From positions 146,563-210,562 of the forward strand of contig LURR01000012.1 in NCBI GenBank assembly GCA_001628485.1: a DNA stretch of 64,000 bases, given 5' to 3'. Positions 26,368 to 35,166 of the stretch are shown here, piece by piece. The position numbers were made by a program, and so were the translations under genes. Origin of the DNA: Marine group II euryarchaeote REDSEA-S11_B3N4. Its GTDB lineage: Archaea; Thermoplasmatota; Poseidoniia; Poseidoniales; Thalassarchaeaceae. The notes beneath the pieces were generated by a model that was given only the letters and a program-made list of their open reading frames with translations, was not told the origin of the DNA and searched no databases. Position 1 is the first letter of the stretch, and every line of letters starts with the position of its first letter.

Positions 26368-29232
26368 TCATTTTGTACATGCTCTCTCGATATGCCTTGA
26401 AACTACCTCGACACTTGGTATGGTGTGGTCCTCAAGTGTTGGTGAGAAAGGGACAGGAGTATCCAATGCTCCAATCACTACGGGGGGGGTTTCTAACCTC
26501 CAAAACGACTCTTCGATAATCCTGCTCGAGACTGTATGGCCAAAACCACCAGTCCACTGGGACTCTTGCAGAACGATTAGTCTACCAGTCTTGAGAACCG
26601 AGTTGATACATGTCCCAGAGTCTAAGGGAACGAGAGTTCTCAGATCCACAACTTCGACTTCAATCCCCCTATTCGACACACTCTCTGCTGCATCAAGAGC
26701 AACGTGTACCATGGCACCCCAGGTGACAATTGTGAGATCTGCGCCCCCCCTGACTACTATTGCCTTGCCAATCGAACTATCTCCATTTTCTAGCCTATTC
26801 ATTACAGCCTCTGTATCCACTATTTGATTGATTGATTTGCCCCAGCCAGTTATGCCTCCTCTAAGTCCATACAGCCCAATATGCTCTAGATAGACAACAG
26901 GATCTGGAAGATGGTGTGACTCAATAAGCAGGTCATAAGCATCCTGAGGATTACTTGGAGTCACAATGATCAATCCTGGATCATTTGTAAGCCATGATTC
27001 AATCATGTTAGCATGAAATGGCCCACTCCTAGTCTTCGCTCCTAGTGGAATTCGCACTGTCATAGGTACCTCTGCACCCCATCTCCATCTCAACTGGGCC
27101 GCATTGTTGACTAGAGGGTTCATTGCTAGTGCTGCAAATCCTCCAAACTGTATCTCTGCAAGTGGCCTCATCCCTCCCAGGGCCGCCCCTGTCGCTGAGT
27201 GGATAATTATGGCCTCAGATAATGGCATATCGAGAAGTTTTGATTGATGACCCTTAGCCTTGAGTCCTAGATTCATTCCGAATGCACCTGCTACTTCCAT
27301 ATCCTCGCCCATGAACACCATTTGATCGCCGAATTGGTCTGCAAGTGCTGCCATTCCATTCTGAATCGCTCTACTGTAACTCCAAGAATTGGGAGCATCG
27401 GAGAACTCTATTGAGAGGCCACCAGAATCTAGACTGGTACTCGAATTAGCTCCTGACCCGTCAATTCTCCGTAGTTGCTTCTCGTGACTTGGTGCGTCCG
27501 AGATTGATGTAACTCCTTTGACAACTGAATTTCCCTCCGGCCATTCCATTTTTTCCAATTGGCTCCTGGCTAACTCCACCTTGCCTTCTTCTTCCATCTG
27601 AATGCGGTTGAGTTTTTGTTCTCCCACTCCGAGTTTAATCAATAACTCCCTATGGTTTGGGAGCGGATCTTTCTCGGACCAGTATCGCAGTAACTCCCTA
27701 TCAACATAACCCGGGGGGTTGCCGCTCGATGCTCCAAGATACAAATCATCATGGTGATGAGCGTGCCCACAACCTCTCATTGTTTCCACGTGGATCAGCG
27801 TTGCTCCGCATCCATCCTTGGCGAACTCCTTAGCAACTGCAGTAGATGCATAGAATAGCGCTGGATCAGATCCATCAATAGTCCAGGCGGGGATCCCCAT
27901 CGCATGCCCTTTGTCACCGAATGTCTCTGCTCCTGATTGAGCAGAATTGATTGTATCAAGTGCTATCTGATTATTCTGAATCATGAAGCAAATCGGCAAA
28001 CCACGAACCCCAGCGAAATTCATTGCCTCCCAGAACTCTCCGCTACTGCTACAACCCTCTCCTACAGGGGCTAAGTGGAATCTACTAACTCCTAGCCTAC
28101 TTGCAGCCAGTGCCACTCCCGTGGTTGTTGCACTTGCAATAGGCAATGGTGCAGTAGGAGGCAGGATTCCTTTCTCCCAGTTTCCAATATGCAGGTCTCT
28201 ACCGCCGCTTCCTTGAATTCCACCGTCCATGTAGGACTCTGCCTTGCCCATTTGGGCAGAAAAAACCTCGAGCGGGGTCTGTCCCATTGCAAGTGCTAGG
28301 CCCATATCTCTAATCATTGGGGCTACAATGTCTGCATTGTGACGGTTTTCTTCCGGCAAATCAACTGCACGCGTCATAGCTGTTGCACAAGCCACCACTC
28401 CTTCCTGCCAGGTTGATCTGAAACCCTTTCCACCAAAACTACCTCCATCCGGGGTGGGCAAACCATTCGTAAAGAGGTCCTTCAACTCCTCATCCACTAA
28501 CCTAGTCCGAATCATTCGCCTCTGCCATTCTATTCTATTTTCCACAGTAATCGAAGCATAATGTGCAATTCTTCTCATGCAAAGTGTCAGATCAATTAGC
28601 AGTCTCTCCAATCTCCTTTTTAGGAACACTTCACCCTGCCTCATCGGTATGATTTCTGATTTCACGAGCCCATATAGTTCGGGCTCTAACGTCCTTTCCA
28701 GGTATCTTTCCTCAACTACTCTCATGAATTCCTTAGAGAATTCATGAAACTCTTCCCCGGTCATTTTCTCTTTACATTTCATTGAATCCCAACATTCCGA
28801 AACAGAATTTAGATGCCCATCGTGTCTCTCTGCTACAAATTCTAGCAAACTTTTCTTGGCTCTTTTTGACTTCAGCTTTGATGGAAAAGTCAATGCATTT
28901 GGAGGAATCCACCCTACTCCCCAAATTTTAGGAAAATTAGACTGCAGCTCCTCATTTTCATCATTATTTACGGCTGCGACGGAATCTGCAATAGCACCCT
29001 CATTCCTTCTTCGCGCCTCTTCTTCTAGAGCTGCCCAATCCCCTGGATTCCTTTCCCAAATTTCCACATTTCGCAGTCTACCCTTCCCTGAAGCAGACCT
29101 ATCGAGGGTCGTTCGAACCCTTTTCCCACATCCCGTGCACTTACGATCTAATTTTTTTGACTTATGTGACCTAGTCTTCCAGGTTTGGTGAAGTTGGCAT
29201 TCTGGACACTTCCAAACTCCTACTCTCGCCAT
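26368..29232 (-). CDS. Fused alpha/beta 2-oxoacid dehydrogenase E1 (ThDP-dependent) with an N-terminal Zn-ribbon extension
   Basis: ThDP motif GEG...QNN, loop RGCGH, and beta-subunit motifs GED, PLSE, AEIQF, SNPQDA and EVVDLRTLVPLD; N-terminal CPEC-x19-CTGC. Confidence 0.85.
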   Translation of the reverse strand: MARVGVWKCPECQLHQTWKTRSHKSKKLDRKCTGCGKRVRTTLDRSASGKGRLRNVEIWERNPGDWAALEEEARRRNEGAIADSVAAVNNDENEELQSNFPKIWGVGWIPPNALTFPSKLKSKRAKKSLLEFVAERHDGHLNSVSECWDSMKCKEKMTGEEFHEFSKEFMRVVEERYLERTLEPELYGLVKSEIIPMRQGEVFLKRRLERLLIDLTLCMRRIAHYASITVENRIEWQRRMIRTRLVDEELKDLFTNGLPTPDGGSFGGKGFRSTWQEGVVACATAMTRAVDLPEENRHNADIVAPMIRDMGLALAMGQTPLEVFSAQMGKAESYMDGGIQGSGGRDLHIGNWEKGILPPTAPLPIASATTTGVALAASRLGVSRFHLAPVGEGCSSSGEFWEAMNFAGVRGLPICFMIQNNQIALDTINSAQSGAETFGDKGHAMGIPAWTIDGSDPALFYASTAVAKEFAKDGCGATLIHVETMRGCGHAHHHDDLYLGASSGNPPGYVDRELLRYWSEKDPLPNHRELLIKLGVGEQKLNRIQMEEEGKVELARSQLEKMEWPEGNSVVKGVTSISDAPSHEKQLRRIDGSGANSSTSLDSGGLSIEFSDAPNSWSYSRAIQNGMAALADQFGDQMVFMGEDMEVAGAFGMNLGLKAKGHQSKLLDMPLSEAIIIHSATGAALGGMRPLAEIQFGGFAALAMNPLVNNAAQLRWRWGAEVPMTVRIPLGAKTRSGPFHANMIESWLTNDPGLIIVTPSNPQDAYDLLIESHHLPDPVVYLEHIGLYGLRGGITGWGKSINQIVDTEAVMNRLENGDSSIGKAIVVRGGADLTIVTWGAMVHVALDAAESVSNRGIEVEVVDLRTLVPLDSGTCINSVLKTGRLIVLQESQWTGGFGHTVSSRIIEESFWRLETPPVVIGALDTPVPFSPTLEDHTIPSVEVVSRHIERACTK

Positions 29233-29289
29233 ATTGTTTTGAATTACGAATGAGCCTAGTACAACAATATTGGCCTGGATTTTCAAACT

Positions 29290-29464
29290 TTACCACAATT
29301 AGTAATATTATGTGGTGTTAGATAATTATAGATGGAATTATTACCATAATTAAAAAGGATATTATGTATATATTCACCACATATATTGAATAAATATTAG
29401 ATTAAACAATATTTATGGATAATTACCATAATAAAAAGTCATACTATGATGATATATGCCACAT
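29290..29464. repeat. AT-rich (~21% GC) intergenic element with direct and inverted repeats
   Basis: ATGGAATTATTACCATAATTAAAAAG (29332-29357) resembles ATGGATAATTACCATAATAAAAAG (29415-29438); TATGTGGTG (29309-29317) and CACCACATA (29375-29383) form an exact inverted pair; 36 G+C in 170 nt counted by hand. Confidence 0.65.
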
Positions 29465-30567
29465 TAATATTTGACAACGTTAGGATCTACCTCATCCGAC
29501 CAGGCATTTATACCTCCCAATAGGTTGTAAATCATGCCATTGAACAATCCGGAATCCACAATGAACCTGGCTACGGCATCAGACCTCTGTCCACTTCGGC
29601 AATAAACTACAATATCGCCTTGCGAGGGCAGCTCTTCCAATCTGGAAGGTATTTCTAGATGCATTATTCTAGAATCAGTGCCCTCAATTGACGAGATTTG
29701 TTCTTCATGGGACCTTCTAACATCTAGTAGGAATGGGGCCCAACCCTTATTTCTTCTTTCGGCGAATTCCTTAGCACCTATCTCAGAAAACCCCTTCTCT
29801 TGCTTCTCAGAGAGAGATGTTACCTTTTCTCGATCGGCGTTCAAGGAAAACTCAAGTTTCCTGAAATCCATGGTCAAGGCATCGATTACTAGCAATTCTC
29901 CGGACAGACAGTTTCCAATACCAAGAATGATTTTAATCGCCTCGGTAGCTTGGATAGTTCCGACAATTCCTGGGAGAATTCCAAGAACTCCTGCCTCCGA
30001 GCAATTTGGCGCTAATTCTGGTGGTGGAGGCGATGGAAACAAATCCCGGTAGTTGGGGCCGTCCTTGAAATTGAATGATGAAACCTGTCCCTCAAATCTG
30101 TGAATACTACCAAAAATCCACGGTTTACCCAGAATCTCACATGAGTCACCAATCAGATATCGCGACTCAAAATTGTCTGTACCGTCAATAACCACGTCAT
30201 ATTTGGAAATTATCTCAATCGAATTTTCACTAGTTAGTTTCTCTTCAATTTCCTCTATCACTATATCTGGATTTAACTCAGAAATCCGATTCGATGCAGA
30301 CTTAACTTTCGCACTTCCGATTGAAGAAGTACTGTGAATTATCTGCCTCTGCAAATTCGATGAACTTACTTTATCATTGTCAACAATTCCGATTCTGCCC
30401 ACACCAGCAGCGGCCAAGTACATCAATGCTGGAGATCCAAGACCCCCTGCTCCTACAACAAGAACTGATGATTTCAGCAATTTCTCCTGTCCCTCAGAAC
30501 CAACATCCGGAAGGACCAGGTGTCGAGCATATCTCTCCCTTTGTTCCGGACTAAGATGGCGCGACAT
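29464..30567 (-). CDS. moeB: MoeB/MoeZ-type ThiF adenylyltransferase with a C-terminal rhodanese domain
   Basis: RYARH, VGAGGLG, SNLQRQ, DGTDNFESRY, PNCSEAGVLG and rhodanese YCRSGQRS motifs. Confidence 0.92.
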   Translation of the reverse strand: MSRHLSPEQRERYARHLVLPDVGSEGQEKLLKSSVLVVGAGGLGSPALMYLAAAGVGRIGIVDNDKVSSSNLQRQIIHSTSSIGSAKVKSASNRISELNPDIVIEEIEEKLTSENSIEIISKYDVVIDGTDNFESRYLIGDSCEILGKPWIFGSIHRFEGQVSSFNFKDGPNYRDLFPSPPPPELAPNCSEAGVLGILPGIVGTIQATEAIKIILGIGNCLSGELLVIDALTMDFRKLEFSLNADREKVTSLSEKQEKGFSEIGAKEFAERRNKGWAPFLLDVRRSHEEQISSIEGTDSRIMHLEIPSRLEELPSQGDIVVYCRSGQRSDAVARFIVDSGLFNGMIYNLLGGINAWSDEVDPNVVKY

Positions 30568-30608
30568 TGTCGTTGTGAAAGGGAGTCCAATCAAGGTACC
30601 TTCGGTCC

Positions 30609-31538
30609 TCAATCTTGCTCTTCCAACCATTTTTCTGCATCAATCGCAGCTTGGCACCCCATGCCAGCAGCCGTAATCGCTTGACGATACCTTTTGTCGA
30701 CAACATCCCCTGCAGCAAAAACTCCAGGAACCTCAGTCATTGTATTCTCCTTGTGGACTATGTATCCCTCGGAGTCAGTCTCAATCTGGTCTTCGAGGAA
30801 TTCAGTAATTGGTTTGTGACCTATGGCAATAAATGCACCAGCGCAACTAATCTCCTCCTCCGATCCATCTCGTGGATCCTCCAGTAAAGCCCCAGTAAGG
30901 CCTTGCTCGCCTGCAATCCATTTTTTCACTTGCCTAAATGGCTTGATTTCTATTTTAGGATGCTTCTCTGCTCTTTCGTACATTACCTTTGACGCCTTGA
31001 ACACATCTCTCCGGTGGATGACAGTAACCTTACTCGCAAACCTAGTCAGGAAAGTAGCCTCTTCCATTGCTGAATCGCCTCCTCCAACAACAATGATTTC
31101 CTCGTCTCGGAAGAAAGCTCCATCACATGTGGCACATGTGGAAATCCCACGTCCTTTCTGCTCCTCCTCACCCTCTGCTCCAAGCCAAATTGCTTCTGCA
31201 CCTGTGCAAATAATCAGTGAATGAGCCCTGAATTCCTCTCCTTCGACCCAGACTCGAAAGGGTCGTTCGGAAAGATCGACTCTTTCGACGTTCTTGTCAT
31301 GAACCTCCAAACCGAACCTTTCGGCTTGCTCCCTCATATCGATCATCATTTCAGGCCCGCCAATTCCCTTGGGGTATCCGGGGAAATTCTCAACATCTGA
31401 TGTTAGCATCAGTTGACCCCCGGACATGTAACCAGCGAACATCAATGGATCCAGCAGGGCTCTAGCCGTGTATAGGCCTGCAGTGTATCCCGCAGGGCCA
31501 GAACCAACAATGATTACACTTCTGACTTCCTCTCCCAT
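30609..31538 (-). CDS. trxB: Thioredoxin-disulfide reductase
   Basis: GSGPAG, GGQL, CATCDG, VGGGDSAMEEA, HRRD, VFAAGDV and YRQAITAAG motifs. Confidence 0.97.
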   Translation of the reverse strand: MGEEVRSVIIVGSGPAGYTAGLYTARALLDPLMFAGYMSGGQLMLTSDVENFPGYPKGIGGPEMMIDMREQAERFGLEVHDKNVERVDLSERPFRVWVEGEEFRAHSLIICTGAEAIWLGAEGEEEQKGRGISTCATCDGAFFRDEEIIVVGGGDSAMEEATFLTRFASKVTVIHRRDVFKASKVMYERAEKHPKIEIKPFRQVKKWIAGEQGLTGALLEDPRDGSEEEISCAGAFIAIGHKPITEFLEDQIETDSEGYIVHKENTMTEVPGVFAAGDVVDKRYRQAITAAGMGCQAAIDAEKWLEEQD

Positions 31539-31649
31539 AGGTTACCGAGGTGTAAGGCATCCTTTGAATCTTGACAGTCAGAAATCCCGCTCGATTTTGA
31601 TAAAATAGAGAAAGAAATCGTAATATAACAACCATCAAGCGATTGATAT

Positions 31650-31970
31650 ATGCCAAAATACATGTATTCTGGAAACTACACTAAGGAAGGTGCCGCTGGC
31701 CTACTAAAAGACGGGGGCAAGGCAAGAAAGGAAGAAGCGATGAGGATAGTTGAAGCCATGGGAGGGTCACTAGAAGCCTACTATTGGTCGTTCGGCGAGA
31801 TGGATTTCATGATGATTGCCGATATCCCCCAGGCAATGGCAGTGAAGTTCTCTCTCCACGTCGGAGCATCTGGAGTCTTCAATGGAAAGCTGACACCTCT
31901 CATCACCGTAGAGGATATGGACCAAGCCACTTCGACTGAATTGCCTTCTATGAGCCTTCCCGGCGAGTGA
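31650..31970 (+). CDS. GYD domain-containing protein
   Basis: MPKY...YT-x-EG-x-x-GL, GGSLEAYYWSFGEMD and TPLIT pattern. Confidence 0.85.
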   Translation: MPKYMYSGNYTKEGAAGLLKDGGKARKEEAMRIVEAMGGSLEAYYWSFGEMDFMMIADIPQAMAVKFSLHVGASGVFNGKLTPLITVEDMDQATSTELPSMSLPGE

Positions 31971-31979
31971 AACCTTCTC

Positions 31980-32375
31980 TCACTCAGACATTGCCGCTAC
32001 TGCGCCAACCGCCGATCGGGCATGAGGCTCAAGTCGCGGCTCGATATGCTCCGGCTCCGCCCCTGGACCTATGATCCCCAATCCTATTGGCTTGTTATGC
32101 TTGATTTGAAGTTCGATCACGGACTTGGTGACCGACTGCCCCATCACTAGGCCATGGTCAGTCTCCCCCCTCTCGATAATTCCCAACACTACTGCCCCTT
32201 GTACTTCGGTACTCTGGAGCATCCTATCTATTGCCAGGGGGGCTTCCATCGATCCAGGCACCCATACGACTTCAGAAACTTCCCAATTTTTCGAAACAGC
32301 CTCATCAATCGCATATTTCAGCATCCTCTCAACTTGTTCCCTGTGGAAAGAACCGCAGACAATACCTAGATTCAA
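31980..32375 (-). CDS. ribH: 6,7-dimethyl-8-ribityllumazine synthase
   Basis: VPGSMEAP, LGIIERGETDH and KPIGLGIIGPG motifs. Confidence 0.93.
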   Translation of the reverse strand: MNLGIVCGSFHREQVERMLKYAIDEAVSKNWEVSEVVWVPGSMEAPLAIDRMLQSTEVQGAVVLGIIERGETDHGLVMGQSVTKSVIELQIKHNKPIGLGIIGPGAEPEHIEPRLEPHARSAVGAVAAMSE

Positions 32376-32974
32376 GATTCAACACCCATTCTCATCATTG
32401 CCTCTACCACTGCCTGTGTCCTAGAGTCTATCTCTATGTTAACCAAATCTCCCTCAGATTTATTCCCAATGCTCGTTATCCTGAGTGTCTCAGGGATTAT
32501 GTGCAGGAAGAAACCGCCTTCATCGCATTTTCCTACCGTCAGAGACATCCCATCAACTGCGATGTAACCCTTCTCTAGAACAAATTGGTCACACCCTTCT
32601 GGAATGGAGATCAGGAAATCAACTCCATCCCCCACCTCTTCTCTTTTCAGAATCTCTGCTGTACCAATAATGTGTCCTGAGAGGATGTGACCGCCCAACT
32701 CATCTCCAAGACGTAGCGATCTTTCCACATTCAGCAAATCTCCAACCCGCCTTTTGGAAAGCGTAGTTCTGCTCAATGTCTCATAAATCGCATCAAATGA
32801 GACTATCCCGTTATCTAAACTCACCACCGTCATACAAACTCCGTCTAAAGACACGCTTGCACCTATTTCCAGACCAGTATCGAATCCGTTTAGATCCACA
32901 GAAAATGTACGTACTGAATCGTCACCACCAATCTCCACTATGGGAGCAGTTCCTGCAACAATTCCGGTAAACAT
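32372..32974 (-). CDS. ribE: Riboflavin synthase (bacterial-type alpha chain)
   Basis: N-terminal MFTGIV, plus GASVSLDGVCMTV, NVERSL, GGHILSGH, KGYIAVDGMSLTV and VNIEID motifs. Confidence 0.95.
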   Translation of the reverse strand: MFTGIVAGTAPIVEIGGDDSVRTFSVDLNGFDTGLEIGASVSLDGVCMTVVSLDNGIVSFDAIYETLSRTTLSKRRVGDLLNVERSLRLGDELGGHILSGHIIGTAEILKREEVGDGVDFLISIPEGCDQFVLEKGYIAVDGMSLTVGKCDEGGFFLHIIPETLRITSIGNKSEGDLVNIEIDSRTQAVVEAMMRMGVES

Positions 32975-32975
32975 C

Positions 32976-33434
32976 CTAATCTTCCTCGTAAGGTCCGCCC
33001 TCTGTTCCGGGCCACAGATCCAGGATTCTTGCGATAATCTTCCTGGTCCCGTCTAGATCGTCAGATAGTCCTTCTACCCGTGTCACTTCTACGTGTTCGA
33101 AACCATGTTTATCCAATCCTTTCCTAATTGCATCGATAGAGTGCTTCTGGTCATACCCTAGTGCGATTAAACCCGGATTTATCTGCTTTAGAATCTCGAA
33201 AATAGGAACCCCGGGGGGGTTTCCAATTATTGCCTTGTCCACCGGTTTCAGGCCTTCTACCATCCTTCTCCTTAAGTCCTGACCTGTCACTGGCTCGTGC
33301 TTCTGCTTTCTCACCGTTTCATCATGCGCGATTACGACAACTAGCTCCTCTCCAAGCGATTTCGCTTGCTCTACATAGTGCAGATGGCCTGCATGTAGTA
33401 GATCGAAGATACCGACTGCCATCACCCTAGTCAT
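32976..33434 (-). CDS. ribL: Archaeal FAD synthase (cytidylyltransferase family)
   Basis: GIFDLLHAGH (HxGH), LKPVD and IALGYDQ motifs; inside the rib operon; GGAGG upstream. Confidence 0.85.
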   Translation of the reverse strand: MTRVMAVGIFDLLHAGHLHYVEQAKSLGEELVVVIAHDETVRKQKHEPVTGQDLRRRMVEGLKPVDKAIIGNPPGVPIFEILKQINPGLIALGYDQKHSIDAIRKGLDKHGFEHVEVTRVEGLSDDLDGTRKIIARILDLWPGTEGGPYEED

Positions 33435-33459
33435 CATCCATCCTCCTCTGATGCCTCGC

Positions 33460-34173
33460 CTAATCTTTTTCATTGAAAATTTTAGAAATCTGCTCGCCGG
33501 TTATCATCGGAATCCCATGCCTTTTCGCGTATGTTCTCGCACCTTCCACCGACAGAGCGCCGTCTCCATCCGGTTCGAGCATCTCTGCTCCGATCGTGCA
33601 AGCCGTCAAACCAGCCAATCTCGCAATTGAAACGGCAAGCTCTGTATGGCCCTGGCGCGTCTTTAGACCACCGGGAGACTCTCTGCATACGGGGATATGG
33701 CCAGGAGTCCTGAATTCCTTCCCGAGCCTTTCCTTCGCCCTAGCTCCATCTTCCCCTTTTACAATCAGTTCTTCAGATAATTCTCCAAATCTTCTCGTTG
33801 TTAGGGATCTGTCTCTATCTGTAATTCCCGTGTAAGTCTCCCTATGGTTAAGAGAAAGGGTGAATGCCGATCTTGAGTCATACTGGAGGTCATTTGTTAC
33901 TAGATGTCCTAGAACAGGATTTTCTTCCACCAAGGACTTGTGAGAGTGAATGTCTTGTAACCAGGGAAGGCCGAACATTTCTCCAATTTCGTTACCTATG
34001 GCAAGGAACAGGAGGCCCCCACAGTCGTTTCTCAGCCTTCTAATCACTTCTGGAGTCGCTGCTGCTGCATGCCAAAGAAGATCAGTTTCCATCTCTCTGT
34101 AGTCCGAATCGTATATCATCACAGGTCTTCCAGATTTGAAGGCAGATATTGCCTCTCTCACCTCATTGTCCAT
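33460..34173 (-). CDS. ribB: 3,4-dihydroxy-2-butanone-4-phosphate synthase
   Basis: YDSDYREMETD, SAFTLSLNH, TGITDRDR, FRTPGH and RQGHTE motifs. Start at 34173 or 34191. Confidence 0.93.
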   Translation of the reverse strand: MDNEVREAISAFKSGRPVMIYDSDYREMETDLLWHAAAATPEVIRRLRNDCGGLLFLAIGNEIGEMFGLPWLQDIHSHKSLVEENPVLGHLVTNDLQYDSRSAFTLSLNHRETYTGITDRDRSLTTRRFGELSEELIVKGEDGARAKERLGKEFRTPGHIPVCRESPGGLKTRQGHTELAVSIARLAGLTACTIGAEMLEPDGDGALSVEGARTYAKRHGIPMITGEQISKIFNEKD

Positions 34174-34223
34174 GTCACGCGGAGGAGTCATAGATACCCG
34201 ACATTTTCGGTCTAGAAAAAGTG

Positions 34224-35120
34224 ATGTCTTCGAGCCCCTCGCATGATCCTGTGAGCGGCTTCTCAGAATCTTCTGCCCCATTGAGGGTGGATTTGGCGGG
34301 AGGATGGACCGATGTTCCACCCTATCCTACAGATTTTGGAGGGGAGGTAGTAAATTTCGCAATAAATCACAGAGTTAGTGTAAAGAAACGTGAGGAAGCG
34401 AAAGATTCTGATTTAGAATTCGACTTCCCAGTTCCTCGTGGTTCTGGCCTGGGAACCAGTTCAGCGATGAACGTTGCACTGGCAGCGCTAAATTCGTCCA
34501 GCCAATTAGAGAACCTCGATGAAATAGCCGAACAGGCATTCCTTTCAGAGTCAAAAGAGAATCGCTGTGGAAGGCAAGATCATTGGGCCTCTGCATTTGG
34601 TGGTTTCAATCACCTTCTGTTTATTGGAGACTCGGTAGAGAGAATGCCCTTCGAGCCTATGAAGTCCTCATTGAATTGGCTGAAGAAGCATCTGGTGATT
34701 GCTTACTCGGGAAGGAGCAGGAATTCAGGGGAAATCCAGGAATCGGTATGGTCCAGTTTCTCAAATGGGGGCGAGGGAGTAATCCAAGGTTTACACAAGA
34801 TAAGGAGTTCCGCGAGAGAAATGGCAAACGGTTTGCAACAGGATAGGAGAGATTTGGTAGTTTCTTCATTGAGGGGAGTCTGCGAGGGAGTCGATATGAT
34901 CGACCCCACTATACACGATCCGTTTCGTGGTGTAATCATGCCTCTGATTGAGTCAGGATCGATTGTGGCTTGGAAGGCGCTAGGGGCCGGTGGAGGGGGG
35001 TGCTCAGCTTTGCTTTGCTCACCTTCTGGCAAGGAATATGCCACTCAGCGCATCGAGGACGAGGGTTGGCAAATTCTGGATTGGGACTTCGATAATCAAG
35101 GGGTACAGCTTACTCGATGA
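34224..35120 (+). CDS. GHMP-family sugar kinase (heptose-7-phosphate/fucokinase-like)
   Basis: APLRVDLAGGWTD, PRGSGLGTSS, GRQD and KALGAGGGG motifs. Confidence 0.85.
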   Translation: MSSSPSHDPVSGFSESSAPLRVDLAGGWTDVPPYPTDFGGEVVNFAINHRVSVKKREEAKDSDLEFDFPVPRGSGLGTSSAMNVALAALNSSSQLENLDEIAEQAFLSESKENRCGRQDHWASAFGGFNHLLFIGDSVERMPFEPMKSSLNWLKKHLVIAYSGRSRNSGEIQESVWSSFSNGGEGVIQGLHKIRSSAREMANGLQQDRRDLVVSSLRGVCEGVDMIDPTIHDPFRGVIMPLIESGSIVAWKALGAGGGGCSALLCSPSGKEYATQRIEDEGWQILDWDFDNQGVQLTR

Positions 35121-35166
35121 ATATTGTAGTCCTAAATCTCAAACATGACCATTTGTCCGCGGAACT

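Noticed and set aside
29290-29464. Possible CRISPR array or leader
   Set aside because: Only two imperfect repeats with an AT-rich spacer, and no cas genes in the window.
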